Shown here piece after piece: positions 52,103 through 64,000 of a DNA stretch of 64,000 nucleotides (the stretch's first letter is position 1; each line of letters starts with the position of its first letter). A program made the translations under genes and the position numbers. The DNA comes from the human T2T-CHM13v2.0 reference genome, Homo sapiens. The notes under the pieces were generated by a model. That model was not told the origin of the DNA, did no database searches, and was given only the letters and a program-made list of their open reading frames with translations. The stretch lies in assembly GCF_009914755.1 (NCBI RefSeq), contig NC_060931.1. One strand, 5' to 3'.

Positions 52103-52782
52103 CTTTGTGATGTGTGCGTTCAACTCACATAGTTTAACCTTTCTTTTCATAGAGCAGTTTGGAAACACTCTGTTTGTAAAGTCTGCAAGTGGATATATGG
52201 ACCGCATTGAGGCCTTCGTTGGAAACGGGATTTCTTCATTTCATGCTAGACAGAAGAATTCTCAGTAACTTCTTTGTGCTGTGTGTATTCAACTCACAGA
52301 GTGGAACGTCCCTTTACACAGAGCAGATTTGAAACACTCTTTTTGTGGAGTTTGCAAGTGGAGATTTCAAGCGATTTGATGCCAACAGTAGAAAAGGAAA
52401 TATCTTCAAATAAAAACTAGACAGAATCATTCTCAGAAACTACTTTGTGATGTGTGCCTTCAACTCACAGAGTTTAACCTTTCTTTTCATAGAGGAGTTT
52501 GGAAACACACTGTTTGTAAAGTCTGCAAGTGGATATATGGACCTGTTTGAGGCCTTCGTTGGAAACGGGATTTCTTCATTGAATGCTAGACGGAAGAATT
52601 CTCAGTAAATTCTTTGTGTTGTGTGCATTCAACTCACAGAGTGGAACGTCCCTTTAGACAGAGCAGATTTGAAACACTCTTTTTGCGGAATTTGCAAGTG
52701 GAGATTTCTAGCCATTTGATGCCAACAGTAGAAAGGGAAATATCTTCAAATAAAAACCAGACAGAATCATTCTCAGAAAATT
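52103..52782 (+). repeat. 4-mer HOR structural variant (680 bp)
   Basis: Same B/C hybrid; crossover within 52459-52488. Confidence 0.95.
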
Positions 52783-54826
52783 CTTTGTGATGTGTGCGTT
52801 CAACTCACATAGTTTAACCTTTCTTTTCATAGAGCAGTTTGGAAACACTCTGTTTGTAAAGTCTGCAAGTGGATATATGGACCGCATTGAGGCCTTCGTT
52901 GGAAACGGGATTTCTTCATTTCATGCTAGACAGAAGAATTCTCAGTAACTTCTTTGTGCTGTGTGTATTCAACTCACAGAGTGGAACGTCCCTTTACACA
53001 GAGCAGATTTGAAACACTCTTTTTGTGGAGTTTGCAAGTGGAGATTTCAAGCGATTTGATGCCAACAGTAGAAAAGGAAATATCTTCAAATAAAAACTAG
53101 ACAGAATCATTCTCAGAAACTACTTTGTGATGTGTGCCTTCAACTCACAGAGTTTAACCTTTCTTTTCTTAGAGCAGTTTAGAAACACTCTGCTTGTTAT
53201 GTCTGCAAGTGGATATTTGGACCTCTTTGAGGCCTTCGTTGCAAACGGGGTTTCTTCCTTTCATGCTAGACTAAGAAGAGTTCTCAGTAACTTTTTTGTG
53301 TTGTGTGTATTCAACTCACAGAGTTGAACCTTGCTTTAGAGAGAGCAGATTTGAAACACTCTTGCTGTGGCATTTTCAGGTGGAGATTTCAAGCGATTTG
53401 AGGACAATTGCAGAAAAGGAAATATCTTCGTATAATAACCAGACAGAATCATTCTCAGAAAGTGCTTTGTGATGTGTGCGTTCAACTCACAGAGTTTAAC
53501 CTTTCTTTTCATAGGGGAGTTTGGAAACACACTGTTTGTAAGGACTGCAAGTGGATATATGGACCTGTTTGAGGCCTTCGTTGGAAACGGGATTTCTTCA
53601 TTGAATGCTAGACGGAAGAATTCTCAGTAAATTCTTTGTGTTGTGTGCATTCAACTCACAGAGTGGAACGTCCCTTTAGACACAGCAGATTTGAAACACT
53701 CTTTTTGCGGAATTTGCAAGTGGAGATTTCTAGCCATTTGATGCCAACAGTAGAAAGGGAAATATCTTCAAATAAAAACCAGACAGAATCATTCTCAGAA
53801 AATTCTTTGTGATGTGTGCGTTCAACTCACATAGTTTAACCTTTCTTTTCATAGAGCAGTTTGGAAACACTCTGTTTGTAAAGTCTGCAAGTGGATATAT
53901 GGACCGCATTGAGGCCTTCGTTGGAAACGGGATTTCTTCATTTCATGCTAGACAGAAGAATTCTCAGTAACTTCTTTGTGCTGTGTGTATTCAACTCACA
54001 GAGTGGAACGTCCCTTTGCACAGAGCAGATTTGAAACACTCTTTTTGTGGAGTTTGCAAGTGGAGATTTCAAGCGATTTGATGCCAACAGTAGAAAAGGA
54101 AATATCTTCAAATAAAAACTAGACAGAATCATTCTCAGAAACTACTTTGTGATGTGTGCCTTCAACTCACAGAGTTCAACCTTTCTTTTCTTAGAGCAGT
54201 TTAGAAACACTCTGCTTGTTATGTCTGCAAGTGGATATTTGGACCTCTTTGAGGCCTTCGTTGCAAACGGGGTTTCTTCCTTTCATGCTAGACTAAGAAG
54301 AGTTCTCAGTAACTTTTTTGTGTTGTGTGTATTCAACTCACAGAGTTGAACCTTGCTTTAGAGAGAGCAGATTTGAAACACTCTTGCTGTGGCATTTTCA
54401 GGTGGAGATTTCAAGCGATTTGAGGACAATTGCAGAAAAGGAAATATCTTCGTATAATAACAAGACAGAATCATTCTCAGAAAGTGCTTTGTGATGTGTG
54501 CGTTCAACTCACAGAGGTTAACCTTTCTTTTCATAGAGGAGTTTGGAAACACACTGTTTGTAAGGACTGCAAGTGGATATATGGACCTGTTTGAGGCCTT
54601 CGTTGGAAACGGGATTTCTTCATTGAATGCTAGACGGAAGAATTCTCAGTAAATTCTTTGTGTTGTGTGCATTCAACTCACAGAGTGGAACGTCCCTTTA
54701 GACACAGCAGATTTGAAACACTCTTTTTGCGGAATTTGCAAGTGGAGATTTCTAGCCATTTGATGCCAACAGTAGAAAGGGAAATATCTTCAAATAAAAA
54801 CCAGACAGAATCATTCTCAGCAAATT

Positions 54827-55506
54827 CTTTGTGATGTGTGCGTTCAACTCACATAGTTTAACCTTTCTTTTCATAGAGCAGTTTGGAAACACTCTGTTTG
54901 TAAAGTCTGCAAGTGGATATATGGACCGCATTGAGGCCTTCGTTGGAAACGGGATTTCTTCATTTCATGCTAGACAGAAGAATTCTCAGTAACTTCTTTG
55001 TGCTGTGTGTATTCAACTCACAGAGTGGAACGTCCCTTTACACAGAGCAGATTTGAAACACTCTTTTTGTGGAGTTTGCAAGTGGAGATTTCAAGCGATT
55101 TGATGCCAACAGTAGAAAAGGAAATATCTTCAAATAAAAACTAGACAGAATCATTCTCAGAAACTACTTTGTGATGTGTGCCTTCAACTCACAGAGTTTA
55201 ACCTTTCTTTTCATAGAGGAGTTTGGAAACACACTGTTTGTAAAGTCTGCAAGTGGATATATGGACCTGTTTGAGGCCTTCGTTGGAAACGGGATTTCTT
55301 CATTGAATGCTAGACGGAAGAATTCTCAGTAAATTCTTTGTGTTGTGTGCATTCAACTCACAGAGTGGAACGTCCCTTTAGACAGAGCAGATTTGAAACA
55401 CTCTTTTTGCGGAATTTGCAAGTGGAGATTTCTAGCCATTTGATGCCAACAGTAGAAAGGGAAATATCTTCAAATAAAAACCAGACAGAATCATTCTCAG
55501 AAAATT
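54827..55506 (+). repeat. 4-mer HOR structural variant (680 bp)
   Basis: Same B/C hybrid; crossover within 55183-55212. Confidence 0.95.
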
Positions 55507-58500
55507 CTTTGTGATGTGTGCGTTCAACTCACATAGTTTAACCTTTCTTTTCATAGAGCAGTTTGGAAACACTCTGTTTGTAAAGTCTGCAAGTGGATAT
55601 ATGGACCGCATTGAGGCCTTCGTTGGAAACGGGATTTCTTCATTTCATGCTAGACAGAAGAATTCTCAGTAACTTCTTTGTGCTGTGTGTATTCAACTCA
55701 CAGAGTGGAACGTCCCTTTACACAGAGCAGATTTGAAACACTCTTTTTGTGGAGTTTGCAAGTGGAGATTTCAAGCGATTTGATGCCAACAGTAGAAAAG
55801 GAAATATCTTCAAATAAAAACTAGACAGAATCATTCTCAGAAACTACTTTGTGATGTGTGCCTTCAACTCACAGAGTTTAACCTTTCTTTTCTTAGAGCA
55901 GTTTAGAAACACTCTGCTTGTTATGTCTGCAAGTGGATATTTGGACCTCTTTGAGGCCTTCGTTGCAAACGGGGTTTCTTCCTTTCATGCTAGACTAAGA
56001 AGAGTTCTCAGTAACTTTTTTGTGTTGTGTGTATTCAACTCACAGAGTTGAACCTTGCTTTAGAGAGAGCAGATTTGAAACACTCTTGCTGTGGCATTTT
56101 CAGGTGGAGATTTCAAGCGATTTGAGGACAATTGCAGAAAAGGAAATATCTTCGTATAATAACCAGACAGAATCATTCTCAGAAAGTGCTTTGTGATGTG
56201 TGCGTTCAACTCACAGAGTTTAACCTTTCTTTTCATAGAGGAGTTTGGAAACACACTGTTTGTAAGGACTGCAAGTGGATATATGGACCTGTTTGAGGCC
56301 TTCGTTGGAAACGGGATTTCTTCATTGAATGCTAGACGGAAGAATTCTCAGTAAATTCTTTGTGTTGTGTGCATTCAACTCACAGAGTGGAACGTCCCTT
56401 TAGACACAGCAGATTTGAAACACTCTTTTTGCGGAATTTGCAAGTGGAGATTTCTAGCCATTTGATGCCAACAGTAGAAAGGGAAATATCTTCAAATAAA
56501 AACCAGACAGAATCATTCTCAGAAAATTCTTTGTGATGTGTGCGTTCAACTCACATAGTTTAACCTTTCTTTTCATAGAGCAGTTTGGAAACACTCTGTT
56601 TGTAAAGTCTGCAAGTGGATATATGGACCGCATTGAGGCCTTCGTTGGAAACGGGATTTCTTCATTTCATGCTAGACAGAAGAATTCTCAGTAACTTCTT
56701 TGTGCTGTGTGTATTCAACTCACAGAGTGGAACGTCCCTTTGCACAGAGCAGATTTGAAACACTCTTTTTGTGGAGTTTGCAAGTGGAGATTTCAAGCGA
56801 TTTGATGCCAACAGTAGAAAAGGAAATATCTTCAAATAAAAACTAGACAGAATCATTCTCAGAAACTACTTTGTGATGTGTGCCTTCAACTCACAGAGTT
56901 CAACCTTTCTTTTCTTAGAGCAGTTTAGAAACACTCTGCTTGTTATGTCTGCAAGTGGATATTTGGACCTCTTTGAGGCCTTCGTTGCAAACGGGGTTTC
57001 TTCCTTTCATGCTAGACTAAGAAGAGTTCTCAGTAACTTTTTTGTGTTGTGTGTATTCAACTCACAGAGTTGAACCTTGCTTTAGAGAGAGCAGATTTGA
57101 AACACTCTTGCTGTGGCATTTTCAGGTGGAGATTTCAAGCGATTTGAGGACAATTGCAGAAAAGGAAATATCTTCGTATAATAACCAGACAGAATCATTC
57201 TCAGAAAGTGCTTTGTGATGTGTGCGTTCAACTCACAGAGTTTAACCTTTCTTTTCATAGAGGAGTTTGGAAACACACTGTTTGTAAAGTCTGCAAGTGG
57301 ATACATGGACCTGTTTGAGGCCTTCGTTGGAAACGGGATTTCTTCATTGAATGCTAGACGGAAGAATTCTCAGTAAATTCTTTGTGTTGTGTGCATTCAA
57401 CTCACAGAGTGGAACGTCCCTTTAGACAGAGCAGATTTGAAACACTCTTTTTGCGGAATTTGCAAGTGGAGATTTCTAGCCATTTGATGCCAACAGTAGA
57501 AAGGGAAATATCTTCAAATAAAAACCAGACAGAATCATTCTCAGAAAATTCTTTGTGATGTGTGCGTTCAACTCACATAGTTTAACCTTTCTTTTCATAG
57601 AGCAGTTTGGAAACACTCTGTTTGTAAAGTCTGCAAGTGGATATATGGACCGCATTGAGGCCTTCGTTGGAAACGGGATTTCTTCATTTCATGCTAGACA
57701 GAAGAATTCTCAGTAACTTCTTTGTGCTGTGTGTATTCAACTCACAGAGTGGAACGTCCCTTTACACAGAGCAGATTTGAAACACTCTTTTTGTGGAGTT
57801 TGCAAGTGGAGATTTCAAGCGATTTGATGCCAACAGTAGAAAAGGAAATATCTTCAAATAAAAACTAGACAGAATCATTCTCAGAAACTACTTTGTGATG
57901 TGTGCCTTCAACTCACAGAGTTTAACCTTTCTTTTCTTAGAGCAGTTTAGAAACACTCTGCTTGTTATGTCTGCAAGTGGATATTTGGACCTCTTTGAGG
58001 CCTTCGTTGCAAACGGGGTTTCTTCCTTTCATGCTAGACTAAGAAGAGTTCTCAGTAACTTTTTTGTGTTGTGTGTATTCAACTCACAGAGTTGAACCTT
58101 GCTTTAGAGAGAGCAGATTTGAAACACTCTTGCTGTGGCATTTTCAGGTGGAGATTTCAAGCGATTTGAGGACAATTGCAGAAAAGGAAATATCTTCGTA
58201 TAATAACCAGACAGAATCATTCTCAGAAAGTGCTTTGTGATGTGTGCGTTCAACTCACAGAGTTTAACCTTTCTTTTCATAGAGGAGTTTGGAAACACAC
58301 TGTTTGTAAGGACTGCAAGTGGATATATGGACCTGTTTGAGGCCTTCGTTGGAAACGGGATTTCTTCATTGAATGCTAGACGGAAGAATTCTCAGTAAAT
58401 TCTTTGTGTTGTGTGCATTCAACTCACAGAGTGGAACGTCCCTTTAGACACAGCAGATTTGAAACACTCTTTTTGCGGAATTTGCAAGTGGAGATTTCTA

Positions 58501-59594
58501 GCCATTTGATGCCAACAGTAGAAAGGGAAATATCTTCAAATAAAAACCAGACAGAATCATTCTCAGAAAATTCTTTGTGATGTGTGCGTTCAACTCACAT
58601 AGTTTAACCTTTCTTTTCATAGAGCAGTTTGGAAACACTCTGTTTGTAAAGTCTGCAAGTGGATATATGGACCGCATTGAGGCCTTCGTTGGAAACGGGA
58701 TTTCTTCATTTCATGCTAGACAGAAGAATTCTCAGTAACTTCTTTGTGCTGTGTGTATTCAACTCACAGAGTGGAACGTCCCTTTGCACAGAGCAGATTT
58801 GAAACACTCTTTTTGTGGAGTTTGCAAGTGGAGATTTCAAGCGATTTGATGCCAACAGTAGAAAAGGAAATATCTTCAAATAAAAACTAGACAGAATCAT
58901 TCTCAGAAACTACTTTGTGATGTGTGCCTTCAACTCCCAGAGTTCAACCTTTCTTTTCTTAGAGCAGTTTAGAAACACTCTGCTTGTTATGTCTGCAAGT
59001 GGATATTTGGACCTCTTTGAGGCCTTCGTTGCAAACGGGGTTTCTTCCTTTCATGCTAGACTAAGAAGAGTTCTCAGTAACTTTTTTGTGTTGTGTGTAT
59101 TCAACTCACAGAGTTGAACCTTGCTTTAGAGAGAGCAGATTTGAAACACTCTTGCTGTGGCATTTTCAGGTGGAGATTTCAAGCGATTTGAGGACAATTG
59201 CAGAAAAGGAAATATCTTCGTATAATAACCAGACAGAATCATTCTCAGAAAGTGCTTTGTGATGTGTGCGTTCAACTCACAGAGGTTAACCTTTCTTTTC
59301 ATAGAGGAGTTTGGAAACACACTGTTTGTAAGGACTGCAAGTGGATATATGGACCTGTTTGAGGCCTTCGTTGGAAACGGGATTTCTTCATTGAATGCTA
59401 GACGGAAGAATTCTCAGTAAATTCTTTGTGTTGTGTGCATTCAACTCACAGAGTGGAACGTCCCTTTAGACACAGCAGATTTGAAACACTCTTTTTGCGG
59501 AATTTGCAAGTGGAGATTTCTAGCCATTTGATGCCAACAGTAGAAAGGGAAATATCTTCAAATAAAAACCAGACAGAATCATTCTCAGCAAATT

Positions 59595-60274
59595 CTTTGT
59601 GATGTGTGCGTTCAACTCACATAGTTTAACCTTTCTTTTCATAGAGCAGTTTGGAAACACTCTGTTTGTAAAGTCTGCAAGTGGATATATGGACCGCATT
59701 GAGGCCTTCGTTGGAAACGGGATTTCTTCATTTCATGCTAGACAGAAGAATTCTCAGTAACTTCTTTGTGCTGTGTGTATTCAACTCACAGAGTGGAACG
59801 TCCCTTTACACAGAGCAGATTTGAAACACTCTTTTTGTGGAGTTTGCAAGTGGAGATTTCAAGCGATTTGATGCCAACAGTAGAAAAGGAAATATCTTCA
59901 AATAAAAACTAGACAGAATCATTCTCAGAAACTACTTTGTGATGTGTGCCTTCAACTCACAGAGTTTAACCTTTCTTTTCATAGAGGAGTTTGGAAACAC
60001 ACTGTTTGTAAAGTCTGCAAGTGGATATATGGACCTGTTTGAGGCCTTCGTTGGAAACGGGATTTCTTCATTGAATGCTAGACGGAAGAATTCTCAGTAA
60101 ATTCTTTGTGTTGTGTGCATTCAACTCACAGAGTGGAACGTCCCTTTAGACAGAGCAGATTTGAAACACTCTTTTTGCGGAATTTGCAAGTGGAGATTTC
60201 TAGCCATTTGATGCCAACAGTAGAAAGGGAAATATCTTCAAATAAAAACCAGACAGAATCATTCTCAGAAAATT
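59595..60274 (+). repeat. 4-mer HOR structural variant (680 bp)
   Basis: Same B/C hybrid; crossover within 59951-59980. Confidence 0.95.
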
Positions 60275-63200
60275 CTTTGTGATGTGTGCGTTCAACTCAC
60301 ATAGTTTAACCTTTCTTTTCATAGAGCAGTTTGGAAACACTCTGTTTGTAAAGTCTGCAAGTGGATATATGGACCGCATTGAGGCCTTCGTTGGAAACGG
60401 GATTTCTTCATTTCATGCTAGACAGAAGAATTTTCAGTAACTTCTTTGTGCTGTGTGTATTCAACTCACAGAGTGGAACGTCCCTTTACACAGAGCAGAT
60501 TTGAAACACTCTTTTTGTGGAGTTTGCAAGTGGAGATTTCAAGCGATTTGATGCCAACAGTAGAAAAGGAAATATCTTCAAATAAAAACTAGACAGAATC
60601 ATTCTCAGAAACTACTTTGTGATGTGTGCTTTCAACTCACAGAGTTTAACCTTTCTTTTCTTAGAGCAGTTTAGAAACACTCTGCTTGTTATGTCTGCAA
60701 GTGGATATTTGGACCTCTTTGAGGCCTTCGTTGCAAACGGGGTTTCTTCCTTTCATGCTAGACTAAGAAGAGTTCTCAGTAACTTTTTTGTGTTGTGTGT
60801 ATTCAACTCACAGAGTTGAACCTTGCTTTAGAGAGAGCAGATTTGAAACACTCTTGCTGTGGCATTTTCAGGTGGAGATTTCAAGCGATTTGAGGACAAT
60901 TGCAGAAAAGGACATATCTTCGTATAATAACCAGACAGAATCATTCTCAGAAAGTGCTTTGTGATGTGTGCGTTCAACTCACAGATTTTAACCTTTCTTT
61001 TCATAGAGGAGTTTGGAAACACACTGTTTGTAAGGACTGCAAGTGGATATATGGACCTGTTTGAGGCCTTCGTTGGAAACGGGATTTCTTCATTGAATGC
61101 TAGACGGAAGAATTCTCAGTAAATTCTTTGTGTTGTGTGCATTCAACTCACAGAGTGGAACGTCCCTTTAGACACAGCAGATTTGAAACACTCTTTTTGC
61201 GGAATTTGCAAGTGGAGATTTCTAGCCATTTGATGCCAACAGTAGAAAGGGAAATATCTTCAAATAAAAACCAGACAGAATCATTCTCAGAAAATTCTTT
61301 GTGATGTGTGCGTTCAACTCACATAGTTTAACCTTTCTTTTCATAGAGCAGTTTGGAAACACTCTGTTTGTAAAGTCTGCAAGTGGATATATGGACCGCA
61401 TTGAGGCCTTCGTTGGAAACGGGATTTCTTCATTTCATGCTAGACAGAAGAATTCTCAGTAACTTCTTTGTGCTGTGTGTATTCAACTCACAGAGTGGAA
61501 CGTCCCTTTGCACAGAGCAGATTTGAAACACTCTTTTTGTGGAGTTTGCAAGTGGAGATTTCAAGCGATTTGATGCCAACAGTAGAAAAGGAAATATCTT
61601 CAAATAAAAACTAGACAGAATCATTCTCAGAAACTACTTTGTGATGTGTGCCTTCAACTCCCAGAGTTCAACCTTTCTTTTCTTAGAGCAGTTTAGAAAC
61701 ACTCTGCTTGTTATGTCTGCAAGTGGATATTTGGACCTCTTTGAGGCCTTCGTTGCAAACGGGGTTTCTTCCTTTCATGCTAGACTAAGAAGAGTTCTCA
61801 GTAACTTTTTTGTGTTGTGTGTATTCAACTCACAGAGTTGAACCTTGCTTTAGAGAGAGCAGATTTGAAACACTCTTGCTGTGGCATTTTCAGGTGGAGA
61901 TTTCAAGCGATTTGAGGACAATTGCAGAAAAGGAAATATCTTCGTATAATAACCAGACAGAATCATTCTCAGAAAGTGCTTTGTGATGTGTGCGTTCAAC
62001 TCACAGAGTTTAACCTTTCTTTTCATAGAGGAGTTTGGAAACACACTGTTTGTAAAGTCTGCAAGTGGATACATGGACCTGTTTGAGGCCTTCGTTGGAA
62101 ACGGGATTTCTTCATTGAATGCTAGACGGAAGAATTCTCAGTAAATTCTTTGTGTTGTGTGCATTCAACTCACAGAGTGGAACGTCCCTTTAGACAGAGC
62201 AGATTTGAAACACTCTTTTTGCGGAATTTGCAAGTGGAGATTTCTAGCCATTTGATGCCAACAGTAGAAAGGGAAATATCTTCAAATAAAAACCAGACAG
62301 AATCATTCTCAGAAAATTCTTTGTGATGTGTGCGTTCAACTCACATAGTTTAACCTTTCTTTTCATAGAGCAGTTTGGAAACACTCTGTTTGTAAAGTCT
62401 GCAAGTGGATATATGGACCGCATTGAGGCCTTCGTTGGAAACGGGATTTCTTCATTTCATGCTAGACAGAAGAATTCTCAGTAACTTCTTTGTGCTGTGT
62501 GTATTCAACTCACAGAGTGGAACGTCCCTTTACACAGAGCAGATTTGAAACACTCTTTTTGTGGAGTTTGCAAGTGGAGATTTCAAGCGATTTGATGCCA
62601 ACAGTAGAAAAGGAAATATCTTCAAATAAAAACTAGACAGAATCATTCTCAGAAACTACTTTGTGATGTGTGCCTTCAACTCACAGAGTTTAACCTTTCT
62701 TTTCTTAGAGCAGTTTAGAAACACTCTGCTTGTTATGTCTGCAAGTGGATATTTGGACCTCTTTGAGGCCTTCGTTGCAAACGGGGTTTCTTCCTTTCAT
62801 GCTAGACTAAGAAGAGTTCTCAGTAACTTTTTTGTGTTGTGTGTATTCAACTCACAGAGTTGAACCTTGCTTTAGAGAGAGCAGATTTGAAACACTCTTG
62901 CTGTGGCATTTTCAGGTGGAGATTTCAAGCGATTTGAGGACAATTGCAGAAAAGGAAATATCTTCGTATAATAACCAGACAGAATCATTCTCAGAAAGTG
63001 CTTTGTGATGTGTGCGTTCAACTCACAGAGTTTAACCTTTCTTTTCATAGAGGAGTTTGGAAACACACTGTTTGTAAGGACTGCAAGTGGATATATGGAC
63101 CTGTTTGAGGCCTTCGTTGGAAACGGGATTTCTTCATTGAATGCTAGACGGAAGAATTCTCAGTAAATTCTTTGTGTTGTGTGCATTCAACTCACAGAGT

Positions 63201-64000
63201 GGAACGTCCCTTTAGACACAGCAGATTTGAAACACTCTTTTTGCGGAATTTGCAAGTGGAGATTTCTAGCCATTTGATGCCAACAGTAGAAAGGGAAATA
63301 TCTTCAAATAAAAACCAGACAGAATCATTCTCAGAAAATTCTTTGTGATGTGTGCGTTCAACTCACATAGTTTAACCTTTCTTTTCATAGAGCAGTTTGG
63401 AAACACTCTGTTTGTAAAGTCTGCAAGTGGATATATGGACCGCATTGAGGCCTTCGTTGGAAACGGGATTTCTTCATTTCATGCTAGACAGAAGAATTCT
63501 CAGTAACTTCTTTGTGCTGTGTGTATTCAACTCACAGAGTGGAACGTCCCTTTGCACAGAGCAGATTTGAAACACTCTTTTTGTGGAGTTTGCAAGTGGA
63601 GATTTCAAGCGATTTGATGCCAACAGTAGAAAAGGAAATATCTTCAAATAAAAACTAGACAGAATCATTCTCAGAAACTACTTTGTGATGTGTGCCTTCA
63701 ACTCACAGAGTTCAACCTTTCTTTTCTTAGAGCAGTTTAGAAACACTCTGCTTGTTATGTCTGCAAGTGGATATTTGGACCTCTTTGAGGCCTTCGTTGC
63801 AAACGGGGTTTCTTCCTTTCATGCTAGACTAAGAAGAGTTCTCAGTAACTTTTTTGTGTTGTGTGTATTCAACTCACAGAGTTGAACCTTGCTTTAGAGA
63901 GAGCAGATTTGAAACACTCTTGCTGTGGCATTTTCAGGTGGAGATTTCAAGCGATTTGAGGACAATTGCAGAAAAGGAAATATCTTCGTATAATAACCAG

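Larger units (their letters stand above)
1..64000 (+). repeat. Centromeric alpha-satellite HOR array, SF1 (J1/J2 dimeric) type, 6-monomer 1022-bp HOR
   Basis: Alphoid monomer motifs (cattctcagaaa..ctttgtgatgtgtgc.ttcaactcacagag, gagcagatttgaaacactc) recur about every 170 bp. Near-identical sequence recurs every 1022 bp (ORF track starts 345, 1367, 2389...). The CENP-B box cttcgttggaaacggga occurs in alternate monomers. The orientation is the same throughout. Confidence 0.99.
52783..64000 (+). repeat. Super-repeat of 4768 bp (four 6-mers plus one 4-mer = 28 monomers), about 2.3 copies
   Basis: 4-mers at 54827/59595, gaggtta at ~54516/~59284, ggatac at 57304/62072, and gagttc at 54177/58945/63713 and 56901/61669 all recur at +4768. 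Confidence 0.88.

Noticed and set aside
51896-52207. Longest ORF (103 aa, minus strand)
   Set aside because: A read-through created by the 2-mer junction, which removes a stop codon; no evidence of coding function.
134-63885. Recurrent 63-76 aa ORFs on both strands (MILSSFYLK..., MMCAFNSQS..., MFPNSSMKR...)
   Set aside because: These are translations of alpha-satellite monomers. They repeat with the HOR, often start at GTG/TTG, appear and vanish with single SNVs, and resemble no protein family I recognise.
1-64000. CRISPR-like or prokaryotic repeat system
   Set aside because: There are no unique spacers and no cas or other genes; the entire sequence is tandem alphoid repeat.
1-64000. Hidden insertion (Alu, L1, viral, synthetic tetO/lacO) or inversion
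   Set aside because: All length deviations from 1022 bp are explained by 1-3 bp deletions and the 4-mer and 2-mer variants. I saw no foreign or reverse-oriented sequence.

Overview
The whole 64 kb window is one uninterrupted, single-orientation array of primate (human-type) centromeric alpha satellite. About 171-bp monomers are paired into three dimers (A 340 bp, B 342 bp, C 340 bp), which form a 1022-bp six-monomer higher-order repeat (HOR) with a CENP-B box in every second monomer. This is suprachromosomal family 1 (J1/J2) organisation. The 6-mer size and the 340+682 bp EcoRI pattern best fit the chromosome 7 active array D7Z1 (S1C7H1L); I recalled this assignment and did not test it by alignment. 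By hand I count 59 complete 6-mer HORs, four 680-bp 4-mer deletion variants, one 340-bp 2-mer variant and a final partial copy. I see no genes, transposable-element insertions, inversions or CRISPR arrays, and all listed ORFs are by-products of the repeat. I cannot support a new protein-coding system here. The remaining structure lies in the variant pattern: nested multi-HOR duplications (2039, 4088, 4768, 7152 and 8176 bp, and about 24.5 kb), a structural-variant domain starting near 50 kb, a few inactivated CENP-B boxes, and variants that suggest conversion between non-equivalent monomers. Variants were read by eye, so some may have been missed.
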